IMG/VR virus record: IMGVR_UViG_3300036858_000014
Span: 1-50,445 of that record
Direction: 5' to 3' (one strand)
Source of the DNA: a virus
Lineage: Duplodnaviria > Caudoviricetes
Length of the DNA: 50,445 bases
In this document: in pieces, positions 19,192-28,223 of the stretch
How positions within the stretch are numbered: the stretch's first letter is position 1
Layout: every line of letters begins with the position of its first letter
Notes under the pieces: model-generated
Told to the model about the DNA's origin: nothing
What the model saw: only the letters and a program-made list of their open reading frames with translations
The model's database searches: none
Made by a program: the position numbers and the translations under genes

Positions 19192-19458
19192 CTACACATC
19201 CCACGTATGCCGATACCAGCGCACCCCTAAACGATAAACGGTTGGCTTTACTTCAAAGTGCGTATTCACATAGTGCGCTAACCGCTTCAAATCCCCCTCT
19301 AGCGGTTTCCAATGGCACTCAAACGGGCGTCTATCGTCATAGTATGAGAACACCATTGAGACATCACCGCTACCGTGTGAACCGAACGTAAATGCATCCG
19401 CTTGTTTCAGGTAGTCGAGAATGTCGTCTACAGTCAGTTCTAGCCACGAAGTCGCCAT
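19192..19458 (-). CDS. Hypothetical protein
   Basis: RBS and operon packing. Confidence 0.6.
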   Translation of the reverse strand: MATSWLELTVDDILDYLKQADAFTFGSHGSGDVSMVFSYYDDRRPFECHWKPLEGDLKRLAHYVNTHFEVKPTVYRLGVRWYRHTWDV

Positions 19459-19461
19459 CCC

Positions 19462-19800
19462 CTATTCCTTCCCTAATCGCCGTTTCATCAATTCATACGC
19501 GGCCTGTATCGCCTCGTCCACATCGTAGTGCGTATCATTCATGGTATAACCGCCGCAATTCAGAACACCGTACTCATCTACCCAAGTAATCGGCGCGTCC
19601 GCTACCGTCCACCCTTCTTTAGCGCACAGTTCACGCCACAACGGACGCAAGGTTGGCTCATGTTGGGCGATACGCAATGCGGCATACTCATTGTGATAAT
19701 GGTCTATTGCAAGTTCGCAGTCGATAATGGTTCTCCGTAACTTTTCAATGGCTGCATGAATGGCGTTACAGGTTGCGTCATAGGTTGTGCTGTTTTCCAT
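19462..19800 (-). CDS. Hypothetical protein
   Basis: RBS and operon packing. Confidence 0.6.
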   Translation of the reverse strand: MENSTTYDATCNAIHAAIEKLRRTIIDCELAIDHYHNEYAALRIAQHEPTLRPLWRELCAKEGWTVADAPITWVDEYGVLNCGGYTMNDTHYDVDEAIQAAYELMKRRLGKE

Positions 19801-19808
19801 ACTATCCC

Positions 19809-20030
19809 CTACTCCAACCCCGGATACGCCCGCATATCCGCACCGTCTACCAGCGCCGCATTGCGCGACGGGTAGCCCTGCCAGCTTTGGATAGCGTCTA
19901 GTGGATAAATAACTGTACCGTCATGATCTGTGTAGACGTACAAAAACTTATCCATAATGGATACTAATAATCTACTTTGCGCCTCATGCGTAATCAGGTT
20001 GCCAGATACAGGCGTGATGAGTAGAAACAT
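19809..20030 (-). CDS. Hypothetical protein
   Basis: Operon packing. Confidence 0.55.
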   Translation of the reverse strand: MFLLITPVSGNLITHEAQSRLLVSIMDKFLYVYTDHDGTVIYPLDAIQSWQGYPSRNAALVDGADMRAYPGLE

Positions 20031-20034
20031 GGTT

Positions 20035-20559
20035 TTATTTACCCCCTATTGCATTGCACTGTGGGCAGGGGTTGCCTGCAATGACTGAATCGCAACCGCA
20101 ATAACGGCATTGGGTAGTCTTGCCCGATGGTACAAAATGCGTATCAATTTCACCGTTGCATAATTCGTCCATTGTCATTCCAAACACCGCCGCTAACTTG
20201 CGAACGGTTTTCATTTGCGGTTCATGGTTCTGAACCTCTAAGTTGTTGATACTACCCTGCCCTACACCTAGTTTTTTGGCTAAATCCCATTGTGACCAAT
20301 TACGCTGTAAACGGTACGCCCGCACTCGTTTACCGAATGTCATTTCCTGTGCAGGTAATTCAATCCCGAAAACTGACACATCCACACCGAGCGCGTCTGC
20401 ATACCGCTGAACCGTTTTGAACTGCGGACGGGTATCACGTAATTCCATATAGGCTACACTGCTAGGGTCAACGTTTAACCGTTTAGCAAGCTGCATTTGT
20501 GATAACCCAAGCCGCGTACGCACTTCTCGTAATTGTTGCCCAAACGTTTTCTCTGTCAT
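20035..20559 (-). CDS. Tandem XRE helix-turn-helix regulator with C-terminal zinc ribbon
   Basis: Two TFG..R..R....SQ..LAK.L.V domains; CRYC..CPQC. Confidence 0.88.
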   Translation of the reverse strand: MTEKTFGQQLREVRTRLGLSQMQLAKRLNVDPSSVAYMELRDTRPQFKTVQRYADALGVDVSVFGIELPAQEMTFGKRVRAYRLQRNWSQWDLAKKLGVGQGSINNLEVQNHEPQMKTVRKLAAVFGMTMDELCNGEIDTHFVPSGKTTQCRYCGCDSVIAGNPCPQCNAIGGK

Positions 20560-20564
20560 TATCC

Positions 20565-20780
20565 CTACTTACCTCCCCCAACTAACTCTATACATTCATT
20601 GCGGGTGTACCCCTCACTTCTGACACATTCCATCACAGCGGCATTACGACACTCAAAAGTGGTACTGCATATCTGATCTGTCGCAAGGGCATATATATAC
20701 CATGCTACTAAGCCAATCAGCACTAAAACTGCAAAAGCCGCCATAACCATTGCTGTTTTGAAAAGCCAATCACCCATCAT
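20565..20780 (-). CDS. Small TM protein with Cys-rich domain (paralog A)
   Basis: TM segment, then C..CRN..C..YTR.ECIEL.GGGK. Confidence 0.7.
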   Translation of the reverse strand: MMGDWLFKTAMVMAAFAVLVLIGLVAWYIYALATDQICSTTFECRNAAVMECVRSEGYTRNECIELVGGGK

Positions 20781-20782
20781 CC

Positions 20783-20998
20783 CTACTTACCCCCTCCGAT
20801 TAACTCTATGCATTCTTCACGGGTATACCGTTCGTCCTTCATGCACAATTCAACTTGCTCATTACGACAATAATAGGTCATCATCTCATCAGTTGAACTA
20901 CATGGATTGCTAATTACATGAAACAAAAGCAACCCTAACGCCACAAGAACGAAAACGATAATCAGTGCAAACCCCTTTTCTAATATCCAGTCAAACAT
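20783..20998 (-). CDS. Small TM protein with Cys-rich domain (paralog B)
   Basis: Same length and motif as 20565-20780. Confidence 0.7.
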   Translation of the reverse strand: MFDWILEKGFALIIVFVLVALGLLLFHVISNPCSSTDEMMTYYCRNEQVELCMKDERYTREECIELIGGGK

Positions 20999-21001
20999 TG
21001 C

Positions 21002-21586
21002 TCATTCTCCCCTTAGCTTCATTAACTCATCTATCAGTTCATCCAATTTCGCGGGCGACAATTTCGCCGCCAGCTTTGCCGCATTCAGCGGCATATTCGA
21101 CATAGATAGGCTTACCGTTGCCCTACCCCCAACTTCCCCGCCAATCTCTGCCTCTAACCGCGCCGCGCTCCACCCGTTTGCTATCGCCAGTGCGAGCCAG
21201 TCGTGTAACACCGTATCGTCTTTAATGCGCGTAATCCTCTGGAAATGGGCAAACGACAGCGTATCCGCATCCAGCGCCGCCTTATACCGTTCACGCCATG
21301 TCGCGTCGAAACGGCGGCACACAACCGCGCAATTGCGAACCGTGCCGTTTGCGTACCGTTCCATGTACTGCGATGCATCTTCACCCCATACCGCCTCCCC
21401 TGCTATCCACGCATCCCCGACCCACCACTGCACACTCTTTTCAACAGTGGTTAGCCAGTGTAACCCGTTTCCCCATGCGGCTAACGTGATGCCGGGGCGT
21501 AGCGATAGCGTGTAGGGCGTGAGTTCAAAGTGAGCGAGCGGGGAGGGCTTTGTCATTTCGTCATGACATTGAATAGCGGTAGTCAT
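21002..21586 (-). CDS. LmbU-like putative DNA-binding protein
   Basis: QWWVGD, TVRN...VCRRF, LSFAH, WL..A...GWS...L motifs. Confidence 0.55.
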   Translation of the reverse strand: MTTAIQCHDEMTKPSPLAHFELTPYTLSLRPGITLAAWGNGLHWLTTVEKSVQWWVGDAWIAGEAVWGEDASQYMERYANGTVRNCAVVCRRFDATWRERYKAALDADTLSFAHFQRITRIKDDTVLHDWLALAIANGWSAARLEAEIGGEVGGRATVSLSMSNMPLNAAKLAAKLSPAKLDELIDELMKLRGE

Positions 21587-21852
21587 TCGTCTTTCGCCTT
21601 ACGCTTGATAGCGGGTTCAGTTTCACCATAAGCGGTGTGTGTCAAGAGAACCACTAAGACAGCGGCAATAATGATAACCACAGCACCTAAACCACCGAAA
21701 ACACGGCCTAATACGTCAATTATGACGGCCAGTGTTACCGCAATAATGCCTAGCCCTCCCATACCGATAACTACAGATGTCAGCGCTACTAAAAACGCCC
21801 GCAACAAACGCGGCAAGCGTAACCACTGGAAACGAACATATTCTTTTGTCAT
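21583..21852 (-). CDS. Membrane protein
   Basis: Two hydrophobic segments. Confidence 0.6.
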   Translation of the reverse strand: MTKEYVRFQWLRLPRLLRAFLVALTSVVIGMGGLGIIAVTLAVIIDVLGRVFGGLGAVVIIIAAVLVVLLTHTAYGETEPAIKRKAKDE

Positions 21853-22157
21853 TCTGTCACCCCATAAGCGTGTAACGCGCGAAAGGTATAATCTTCTAAA
21901 ACGATCAACGCATCATCTATGCTGTATACGACATCCACCTGCCCATTCCATTTGCTATGCCATTCCTTTTCATCCTCAGTGAGCTTGGCTTTAGGCATCT
22001 TGACTTCCATAAGCAGGTTATAGCCTTTCCATGATACGAGTAAATCCGGTACACCTTTGGCGCTCAACTGCTGTACTACCGCGCCCATAGCTACTAGCGC
22101 GTCGATAATCGCCCGTTCGTTTGCATCCCGTTTTGCCGCGCGTCTATTCAGACTCAT
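21849..22157 (-). CDS. VRR-NUC / PD-(D/E)xK nuclease (putative resolvase)
   Basis: KRDANE, GVPDLLV, LMEVK, LT.DE..W motifs. Confidence 0.85.
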   Translation of the reverse strand: MSLNRRAAKRDANERAIIDALVAMGAVVQQLSAKGVPDLLVSWKGYNLLMEVKMPKAKLTEDEKEWHSKWNGQVDVVYSIDDALIVLEDYTFRALHAYGVTE

Positions 22158-22422
22158 CTTGCACCCCTAGCAACGCTGCTAACTCGCGTTCTGTTACAAG
22201 TAACTCGTTGTAACTTATCCTATATTCGTCTGCGTAATAGGATGCGTCGTAAGCAAGCCAAGCCTTGCGAAACCTATCACTTGCCGCCCGCAACGCGGCC
22301 AACTCGCGTTCTAACTGCACAATACGCGCTTCCGCCTCAAGTGGTTTGTGCTTGAACAGGTTGTTATCCATTGTCTTTTGCCTCGCTCCGCAGTCTGTTT
22401 TCATCAGTAATTGCAATGGCAT
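22144..22422 (-). CDS. Hypothetical coiled-coil protein
   Basis: Operon packing; likely starts at MDNN. Confidence 0.5.
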   Translation of the reverse strand: MPLQLLMKTDCGARQKTMDNNLFKHKPLEAEARIVQLERELAALRAASDRFRKAWLAYDASYYADEYRISYNELLVTERELAALLGVQDESE

Positions 22423-22594
22423 CTAAAATAATGCAGTCCTCATTGTGCCAATCGCCAGCATGTCCACAGTGCGGGCATCCATCATCTAGGCCACGCGCCC
22501 AATAGCGGTCTAAAAGATCAACCGCATGGGTAATCGTGGCGTGGAGCAATACCCTATCCCGTGATTGTGCTAGTGTTCTTGATTGATTATCCAT
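22364..22594 (-). CDS. Hypothetical protein (CxxC...H..C)
   Basis: GGAGG RBS; overlaps neighbours. Confidence 0.55.
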   Translation of the reverse strand: MDNQSRTLAQSRDRVLLHATITHAVDLLDRYWARGLDDGCPHCGHAGDWHNEDCIILDAIAITDENRLRSEAKDNG

Positions 22595-22811
22595 GTCGCG
22601 CCGCCTCCTCGTTTAGTCCCGCCAGTCCGTTTAGCTTGTCGATACCCTCTTGCCACGTCTCCCATTGGGTTACAACGTGGCGTGTTACATCGTATAACGT
22701 GCCGTCGCCTTCAAACCACAGCCCTAGCTCGTAATGGTCGTTCTTATCCAATGCATAGGCGCTCTTCTGGAAACGGGCAAAAGCTTCGTAAAGCTCAATT
22801 AGAGACTTCAT
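22587..22811 (-). CDS. Hypothetical protein
   Basis: GAGGGG RBS. Confidence 0.55.
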   Translation of the reverse strand: MKSLIELYEAFARFQKSAYALDKNDHYELGLWFEGDGTLYDVTRHVVTQWETWQEGIDKLNGLAGLNEEAARHG

Positions 22812-22813
22812 GA

Positions 22814-23212
22814 TTATTCATCCCCTCGTGCTTGGCGTTGACGTTCGATAAACGACTTAGCAAAGCTGGCAGCAAACGGTGATACATCCCCACCGTCAAA
22901 CTCGTTATCATCAGGTGTGGAACTTTGAACCCTAAAACCGCCCTTACGAACCTCGCGCAAAAGGTCTTTAGCGAAATCCTCAAATAGCCCTTGAATAGCG
23001 TTCAAGGATATGCCGTTTAACTCGCGTGTGTACATTTCGGGCGTCTTGCCATTGGTTCGTAAAATTGCATCCTGCGCAATCGCCTTGAACGTAAACCCTT
23101 TTTCAATGAGACGGTCAATAGCTGCCAGCGTATCAATTTCCACTTGACCGCTGGCAGGATTGAGGCGCATTGTAAAATAACGCGCCTCACTTGTCTTTTC
23201 ACGTTTTGCCAT
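22814..23212 (-). CDS. Putative ParR-like adaptor
   Basis: Small gene translationally coupled (TAATG) to the actin-like gene; basic N-terminus, acidic flexible C-terminal region. Confidence 0.55.
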   Translation of the reverse strand: MAKREKTSEARYFTMRLNPASGQVEIDTLAAIDRLIEKGFTFKAIAQDAILRTNGKTPEMYTRELNGISLNAIQGLFEDFAKDLLREVRKGGFRVQSSTPDDNEFDGGDVSPFAASFAKSFIERQRQARGDE

Positions 23213-24243
23213 TACCACGCCCCTACCAAGCGCATAAGCGCTCCGACCTTTGCAAGCCCAAACACGTTAGCGAATTTCATCAAATCGCGGTTCTGTTCTG
23301 CGAAGATGAAATCAATACGCGGGTAGGATTGCACCAGCGCGTCATGAATCAGCGCCGCGCCGCCGCCCGTAAGCAGGATGTTGTCGAAGTTTGCCGCGCC
23401 GCCCGCTTCTTCGATGATCTGAATCACATCGTTGACCAGCGCTTGCATCACCGCGCCCGCTTCTTCTTGGCAGTCAATGGTGATGTTACCGAATTTGTAG
23501 CGCCCATTGAGAATAGCATCCTCAACACGGCGAATATCCAAATCGCCAGCATCACGAAATAACGTCCGGTTGTTTGCCCGCAACATGCTTTCAAAATCGT
23601 TGGTCATGTTGATAACGCCCGCGCGGGTAGACTTCAAACTGAGGGTGTCGATATTGCCGCCGGGGTCAACTGCTGCCACGTCCGTTGTATGTCCGCCGCA
23701 GTCAAGAACTAACGTTGTCACGTCGCGCAACGGATTCTTTTTGCGTTCCTCCCCACGTTCCGTCAAAGTGTAGTGTGAATAGCCCGCAATCGGTTCATCG
23801 GCTGTCATCACCTCGCGCACCTGATAGGTAAATTCGCCGTTGCGCGTTTCCACCTGCCAGATACCCTTTGCAGATAACACAATATCCCGCGCGTATTCCA
23901 CATCACCGGGGGCGTGTGAAGCAAACAAAGTGATGTTGCCCATATCCCGCGAAAACGTTTCACTGAGGGCGCAGGCAAGGGCAAACCCGTAATACTGCTG
24001 CGTGTATCGCGCCGCGCCGCGTGGTTTTTCTTTGAGCGTATAACGCCGCGCAGCATCACCAAATGCTAACGGTTGCCCATTCACGCGCAAGATACCGCTA
24101 GGCGGCTTGCCATTGCCACAAGCCCGCCGCCAGTCCGCTTCACTCAGCATCGCCAGCGCATGTCGCGCATCTGCATACTTGTGCTGTTTTGGAAAAAACC
24201 ACTTCCAACGGGCATTCCCAAAGTCTAAAACAAAATCAACCAT
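23212..24243 (-). CDS. parM: ParM/StbA-family actin-like ATPase
   Basis: LDFGN (phosphate 1), EPIAG, VLDCGGHTTDV (phosphate 2), LLTGGGA (adenosine). AAAGGA RBS places the start at 24243. Confidence 0.88.
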   Translation of the reverse strand: MVDFVLDFGNARWKWFFPKQHKYADARHALAMLSEADWRRACGNGKPPSGILRVNGQPLAFGDAARRYTLKEKPRGAARYTQQYYGFALACALSETFSRDMGNITLFASHAPGDVEYARDIVLSAKGIWQVETRNGEFTYQVREVMTADEPIAGYSHYTLTERGEERKKNPLRDVTTLVLDCGGHTTDVAAVDPGGNIDTLSLKSTRAGVINMTNDFESMLRANNRTLFRDAGDLDIRRVEDAILNGRYKFGNITIDCQEEAGAVMQALVNDVIQIIEEAGGAANFDNILLTGGGAALIHDALVQSYPRIDFIFAEQNRDLMKFANVFGLAKVGALMRLVGAW

Positions 24244-24260
24244 ATATGTCCTTTCGATTA

Positions 24261-24328
24261 TACGTTTATGGGTCATAAACTACGTTTACGCCCGTTTATA
24301 TTATCGGTCAATATGGCTGATTTGTCAA
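24261..24328 (-). promoter_or_regulatory. par operon promoter with parC-like repeats
   Basis: TTGACA-N17-GATAAT (24328-24300); CGTTTA at 24263, 24283, 24293 and an inverted TAAAC at 24276. Confidence 0.6.
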
Positions 24329-24367
24329 GTTACAGCGTCCATACTATCCGTTGCATTATGGACGCCC

Positions 24368-24610
24368 CTACGCCCCTACCCTACGCCCTGCTTCCCGCTG
24401 CTTTGCACCCTTGCCAATTGTTGTTAGCAGTTGGTACACCCGCGACTCGCTCACGCCGTAGCGGAATGCGATGTCAGCGATGGTGTCGCCACGTCTGACG
24501 GCGTTCCACATGAGCCGCGCTTTCATAGCAGCGGTTAGGTGTCGATAGCTAATCCAGTTGCGGTAGCGGGTTTCACGTTCTGATCTATTCATCATCCGTC
24601 TCCCAGTCAC
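24368..24610 (-). CDS. HTH DNA-binding protein (sigma region 4-like)
   Basis: GDTIADIAFRYGVSESRVYQLL. Confidence 0.65.
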   Translation of the reverse strand: MTGRRMMNRSERETRYRNWISYRHLTAAMKARLMWNAVRRGDTIADIAFRYGVSESRVYQLLTTIGKGAKQREAGRRVGA

Positions 24611-24812
24611 CTAACGCATAATCTTCACCGCGTTCTATGCTTCGCCCTAATCCCGCCCGCCCGTTGGCTAACCGTCTCATCATGAGCTGAAAGTTCTTTT
24701 GACGACAATCCAGCTCGATACAATGCCAACCGTGTGAAAAATCCCATATCATTACGACATGACAATGCGGGCAGGTAGGCGGTTGCTGTTGATCGTTAAT
24801 CGTGTGAAACAT
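24585..24812 (-). CDS. Zinc-ribbon hypothetical protein
   Basis: CPHC...WHC...C; AGGGGAG RBS. Confidence 0.55.
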   Translation of the reverse strand: MFHTINDQQQPPTCPHCHVVMIWDFSHGWHCIELDCRQKNFQLMMRRLANGRAGLGRSIERGEDYALGDWETDDE

Positions 24813-25300
24813 AGCTGCTCCCCTTTCACTAGCTCAAATTCCAAAACCCACGCTTGATAGCGCTCGGCAGGGCGGGTTGCTAAAGTAGGTCGTACACCTT
24901 GCCAGATAATCGCCCCGGTATCGTAGTCGGGAATAATAGGCGTGATAACGCTTTTATCGTGCATTTTCACCCATGCAATAAAAAAGTCACTGGCGGTTTG
25001 AAACCCTTCCGCCTCCACGTCGGCATCGCTAATCTCGCGTACATCCTCCCGCCGGATGCTGAGAATGCGAATACGCGCTACGGCTGCCTTACCGCGCCCC
25101 GGTTGGACGGCGTAGGTTTTTTCAGGCTCAAATGAAATTGATGTTGCGTGAACAATGCGGTTGTTTGCCGCGCGTACAATGTCGTGTCTACCGTCATAGT
25201 AGAGCGAGTCCAAATATTCACCCGGCTTCACTAATCGCCGCGTTTGGCTTTTCTCCCCTGTCAAAACCTTTTCCCACGTATGTTGAAAAATCATCGTCAT
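24752..25300 (-). CDS. ASCH domain protein
   Basis: VLTGEKSQTRR, IRILSIRRE, IS..DVEAEGF, WVLEFEL. Confidence 0.85.
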   Translation of the reverse strand: MTMIFQHTWEKVLTGEKSQTRRLVKPGEYLDSLYYDGRHDIVRAANNRIVHATSISFEPEKTYAVQPGRGKAAVARIRILSIRREDVREISDADVEAEGFQTASDFFIAWVKMHDKSVITPIIPDYDTGAIIWQGVRPTLATRPAERYQAWVLEFELVKGEQLCFTRLTINSNRLPARIVMS

Positions 25301-25345
25301 TCCTCTTTACTAAGCCGCCTCTAAATCGACGCGGCTATAAAACCC

Positions 25346-25579
25346 TTAGTTGCTACCATCCCGCGCGTTTTTGCGCGGTTCTGACGCCGATTTGAGGCGT
25401 TCTAGCATTGCCTCAGTGTACGGAAGCGCGTATAACTGTGCATCAATCGCTTTCGGTGTAGCCATCTTGCCGCGCTTCTCACTGCGGATAACCGCCATCT
25501 CAGCAGCGGTATACCAACCACCCCGCCAGCGGTAGGCCACGATTGCGACGGCGGGTGTGTGCCATGTGCTGTAGCTCAT
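25346..25579 (-). CDS. Hypothetical protein
   Basis: ATGA overlap with the upstream gene. Confidence 0.5.
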   Translation of the reverse strand: MSYSTWHTPAVAIVAYRWRGGWYTAAEMAVIRSEKRGKMATPKAIDAQLYALPYTEAMLERLKSASEPRKNARDGSN

Positions 25580-26337
25580 CTTGTACTCTCCCCATAAATT
25601 ACCCGCCAGCCATCCGCTAGCATTTCGTCGCGTACTTGTTTCACGATAGACCGACTCACATCTACCGCCGCTGGCAGTTCTACACCGTGCGACCCGCGCC
25701 GCATGTTTTCACTAGCACTGATCACGCGCAATTGGGCGTACTGCCAGTGGTAATCTATCCACAGCGCTTCCAAATCCTTTGGCATGAGAATCGTGTGACT
25801 GTTATCCCCACCGGATTGCAAAACCACCGTATCCACGTTGACGCGGTAGCGCTGCATAAACGTCTCGGCAATCCAGCGAAACGTATGCGGCGGCGCGTGG
25901 TCTACGTGTGACGTGTTTGGGGTAAGGTACTCGCCCGTTAATTCGCAAATCGGATTTGGGTTATTTGCGAAATACGCCGTTCGGTAGACCAGAACCCCCG
26001 CCGCAATCGCTTGACGGCAGGCTTGCAAAAACCGCGCCTTGTGCGTTGGGGCGCGTAAGCACTTGTTAAAGCTGAAATCCGTTCGTGTGCCATCGCGCCG
26101 GATAACTGCAAACTGTTTTTGTTTAAACGTCGGGTTGATCTCAACACAAAAGCCTTTTACACCCGCGCCTATCTTCTCACTGGCATGAGGGTGCATGGCG
26201 AGTACATCCTCCATAAAGTCGGCATCATCCGGCGCTAATGTATCCCCCGCGTGATAGCTGTTGAGGATGCTCCGAATCGCATCCCCTAGCGCCGCTTTAC
26301 TGGTGAACACATACCCATCTATGACATACTCGCTCAT
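25576..26337 (-). CDS. DCL/DUF3223-family protein with HNH-like C-terminus
   Basis: HP.ASEKIGAGV, F.V.R.DG...DFS..KC; HVDH..P.TF...H...LR......N. Confidence 0.7.
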   Translation of the reverse strand: MSEYVIDGYVFTSKAALGDAIRSILNSYHAGDTLAPDDADFMEDVLAMHPHASEKIGAGVKGFCVEINPTFKQKQFAVIRRDGTRTDFSFNKCLRAPTHKARFLQACRQAIAAGVLVYRTAYFANNPNPICELTGEYLTPNTSHVDHAPPHTFRWIAETFMQRYRVNVDTVVLQSGGDNSHTILMPKDLEALWIDYHWQYAQLRVISASENMRRGSHGVELPAAVDVSRSIVKQVRDEMLADGWRVIYGESTR

Positions 26338-28223
26338 TTGCTATTGTCCTTATCCATCCACTTGAGACGCGAGAATAACACCGGGATTTCAATCTCATTA
26401 CCCGTCAATTCCGCCATTGTGTTTTTAAGGCAGCGCCCGGTTAGAATGCCAACCTTGCCGCGCCCGTGTGGGTCATCATAGCTTACGCGCTTGCCATCCT
26501 CGAATTTTGGCACAAATGCAAATACAAAATTGGCTTGCTGGTCACTCAAAAATTGCATCATACTGGCTTCCAACTTGCCGCCCGTCTTGGCAAGTTCGGC
26601 ATCATCTTTACGCATCTGCGAATTGACAAACCCCACCAGATTGTTATCCCGGCAAACATCTTTGAGTTTGTTAATGGCGGTTTCAATCCACACGCGCCCG
26701 TTTTCCGTACCGTTTTGTAACCACAGCAGTTGGGCAAAATCAATCCACACCGCCTGAATACGGATGCCATTGCGTAGCTCCCGCTGGCAAATGGCGTCGA
26801 TTGTCGCGCATAACTGCTCAACCGATAAGCCGGGGTTTTTGATATAGAACGCCCGCCCCGGTCTACGCATTAGGTTAGAAGCGTGGTTACAGCTTGCCGC
26901 AACCTGATTCATGCTTAACGGTTTGCCGCTGGTGGTTTTAAGATTAAACTCTTGCTCGGCTTGGGAGAGGCGGTGTTTCTGCCAGTCGTTAAAAAACGCC
27001 CCGCCTTGCCGCTGTACCGCCCGCGCTGCTAATTCAATCGCGTTCTGTTTTTTATCGACCCATTCCGGCGTGTACACAATGCTGTGAATGCCCATGTCTT
27101 GATAGGCTTCCCATCCGGTTTCAAACCCGATGGTCTTTGTACCGCCGCTGATGCTGGCGAAATAGATCAGTTTCCCCGGCGGGATGATTTCACCCATGCC
27201 GCCTTGCGAGTGCAGGAATTTAAACGGGTTAATCAGTGGCGCAGCAACGGGTTTTACAACGCCCGTTAATTCGTCAATGTAGGCTTGTAAGGCGTCGATA
27301 TCGCTGCAATACAAATCATCAATGTTGAATGACTCACCCGTCGGCAAAGCTAATTGTTCTGGCGGAAGCGCCCGTACTTCCAACGGTTTGCAGTCTTGAA
27401 AACGGGCAAGCGCTTGGTCGGTGTACAGCTTGCAAAAGTCGGCTAAATCCCCACCATCGCCTAATCCTAGGTCAATGGCAACGGCATCAACCCCGATGGC
27501 TTGAAACGCCTTGACCAATCCGAACGCGGCGTTTGTTCCGGTGAAATCGCAGTCAAGCGCGATTACAACCTTGCCGTTGTAATGCAGTTTAACTTGCTCT
27601 AACAACTCGCTTGAAAACGTTCCCGTTTCCCCGCTGGTGATGGTTGTCGCGGGTAATCCCCAGTATTGACCTGCGACAACCGATATTTCCCCGTTGCAGA
27701 ATACCAGCGGCGTGCCCTTGTCTAACGCCATTTTCGCCGCCCGTTCCAAGCCGTACCAGCATTTTTTGTAACCTAACTCACTCTTAAACGCAGGCTTTTG
27801 CCCGTCTGTAAAGCGAAAGCGCAGCCCGCCGCGCGTCTTAAACGGCATTGCCGGACGGCCTGAAATCGGTTCGATCTCACCCCAGTACCATTCCGCCAGC
27901 GTTTCATCCGGTACACCGTGTGCCTCTGCATAATCCTTGCGCGTGGTGTACTGCCGTTTGGTCGATGTCACCCGTTCAAACCGCCGCGCCGGGGTGATGT
28001 TTAAGTGCGCTGCCAGTTGGTACAGTGACCCTTTATAGGTTTCGTCCTTGTGGTCGATATACGTCCCGTGTTCACCATCCGCCGCAATCCGTACCACAAA
28101 CGCATTACCGTCGCTACCTGTGCGGAAGGGGGACGCACCCCGCCATTGATCCCCTCGCTCATGCTTAAGCCCATGTGTGCGCTCTAATGCCGCCCGTACC
28201 ATATCCCACGTCGTTTGTGTCAT
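26334..28223 (-). CDS. Primase (TOPRIM)-SF4 helicase fusion
   Basis: FCNGE, IALDCD.TG, GGDLADF; helicase motifs SGGTKT, WIDFAQLL, NSQMRK, LKN. Confidence 0.75.
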   Translation of the reverse strand: MTQTTWDMVRAALERTHGLKHERGDQWRGASPFRTGSDGNAFVVRIAADGEHGTYIDHKDETYKGSLYQLAAHLNITPARRFERVTSTKRQYTTRKDYAEAHGVPDETLAEWYWGEIEPISGRPAMPFKTRGGLRFRFTDGQKPAFKSELGYKKCWYGLERAAKMALDKGTPLVFCNGEISVVAGQYWGLPATTITSGETGTFSSELLEQVKLHYNGKVVIALDCDFTGTNAAFGLVKAFQAIGVDAVAIDLGLGDGGDLADFCKLYTDQALARFQDCKPLEVRALPPEQLALPTGESFNIDDLYCSDIDALQAYIDELTGVVKPVAAPLINPFKFLHSQGGMGEIIPPGKLIYFASISGGTKTIGFETGWEAYQDMGIHSIVYTPEWVDKKQNAIELAARAVQRQGGAFFNDWQKHRLSQAEQEFNLKTTSGKPLSMNQVAASCNHASNLMRRPGRAFYIKNPGLSVEQLCATIDAICQRELRNGIRIQAVWIDFAQLLWLQNGTENGRVWIETAINKLKDVCRDNNLVGFVNSQMRKDDAELAKTGGKLEASMMQFLSDQQANFVFAFVPKFEDGKRVSYDDPHGRGKVGILTGRCLKNTMAELTGNEIEIPVLFSRLKWMDKDNSK

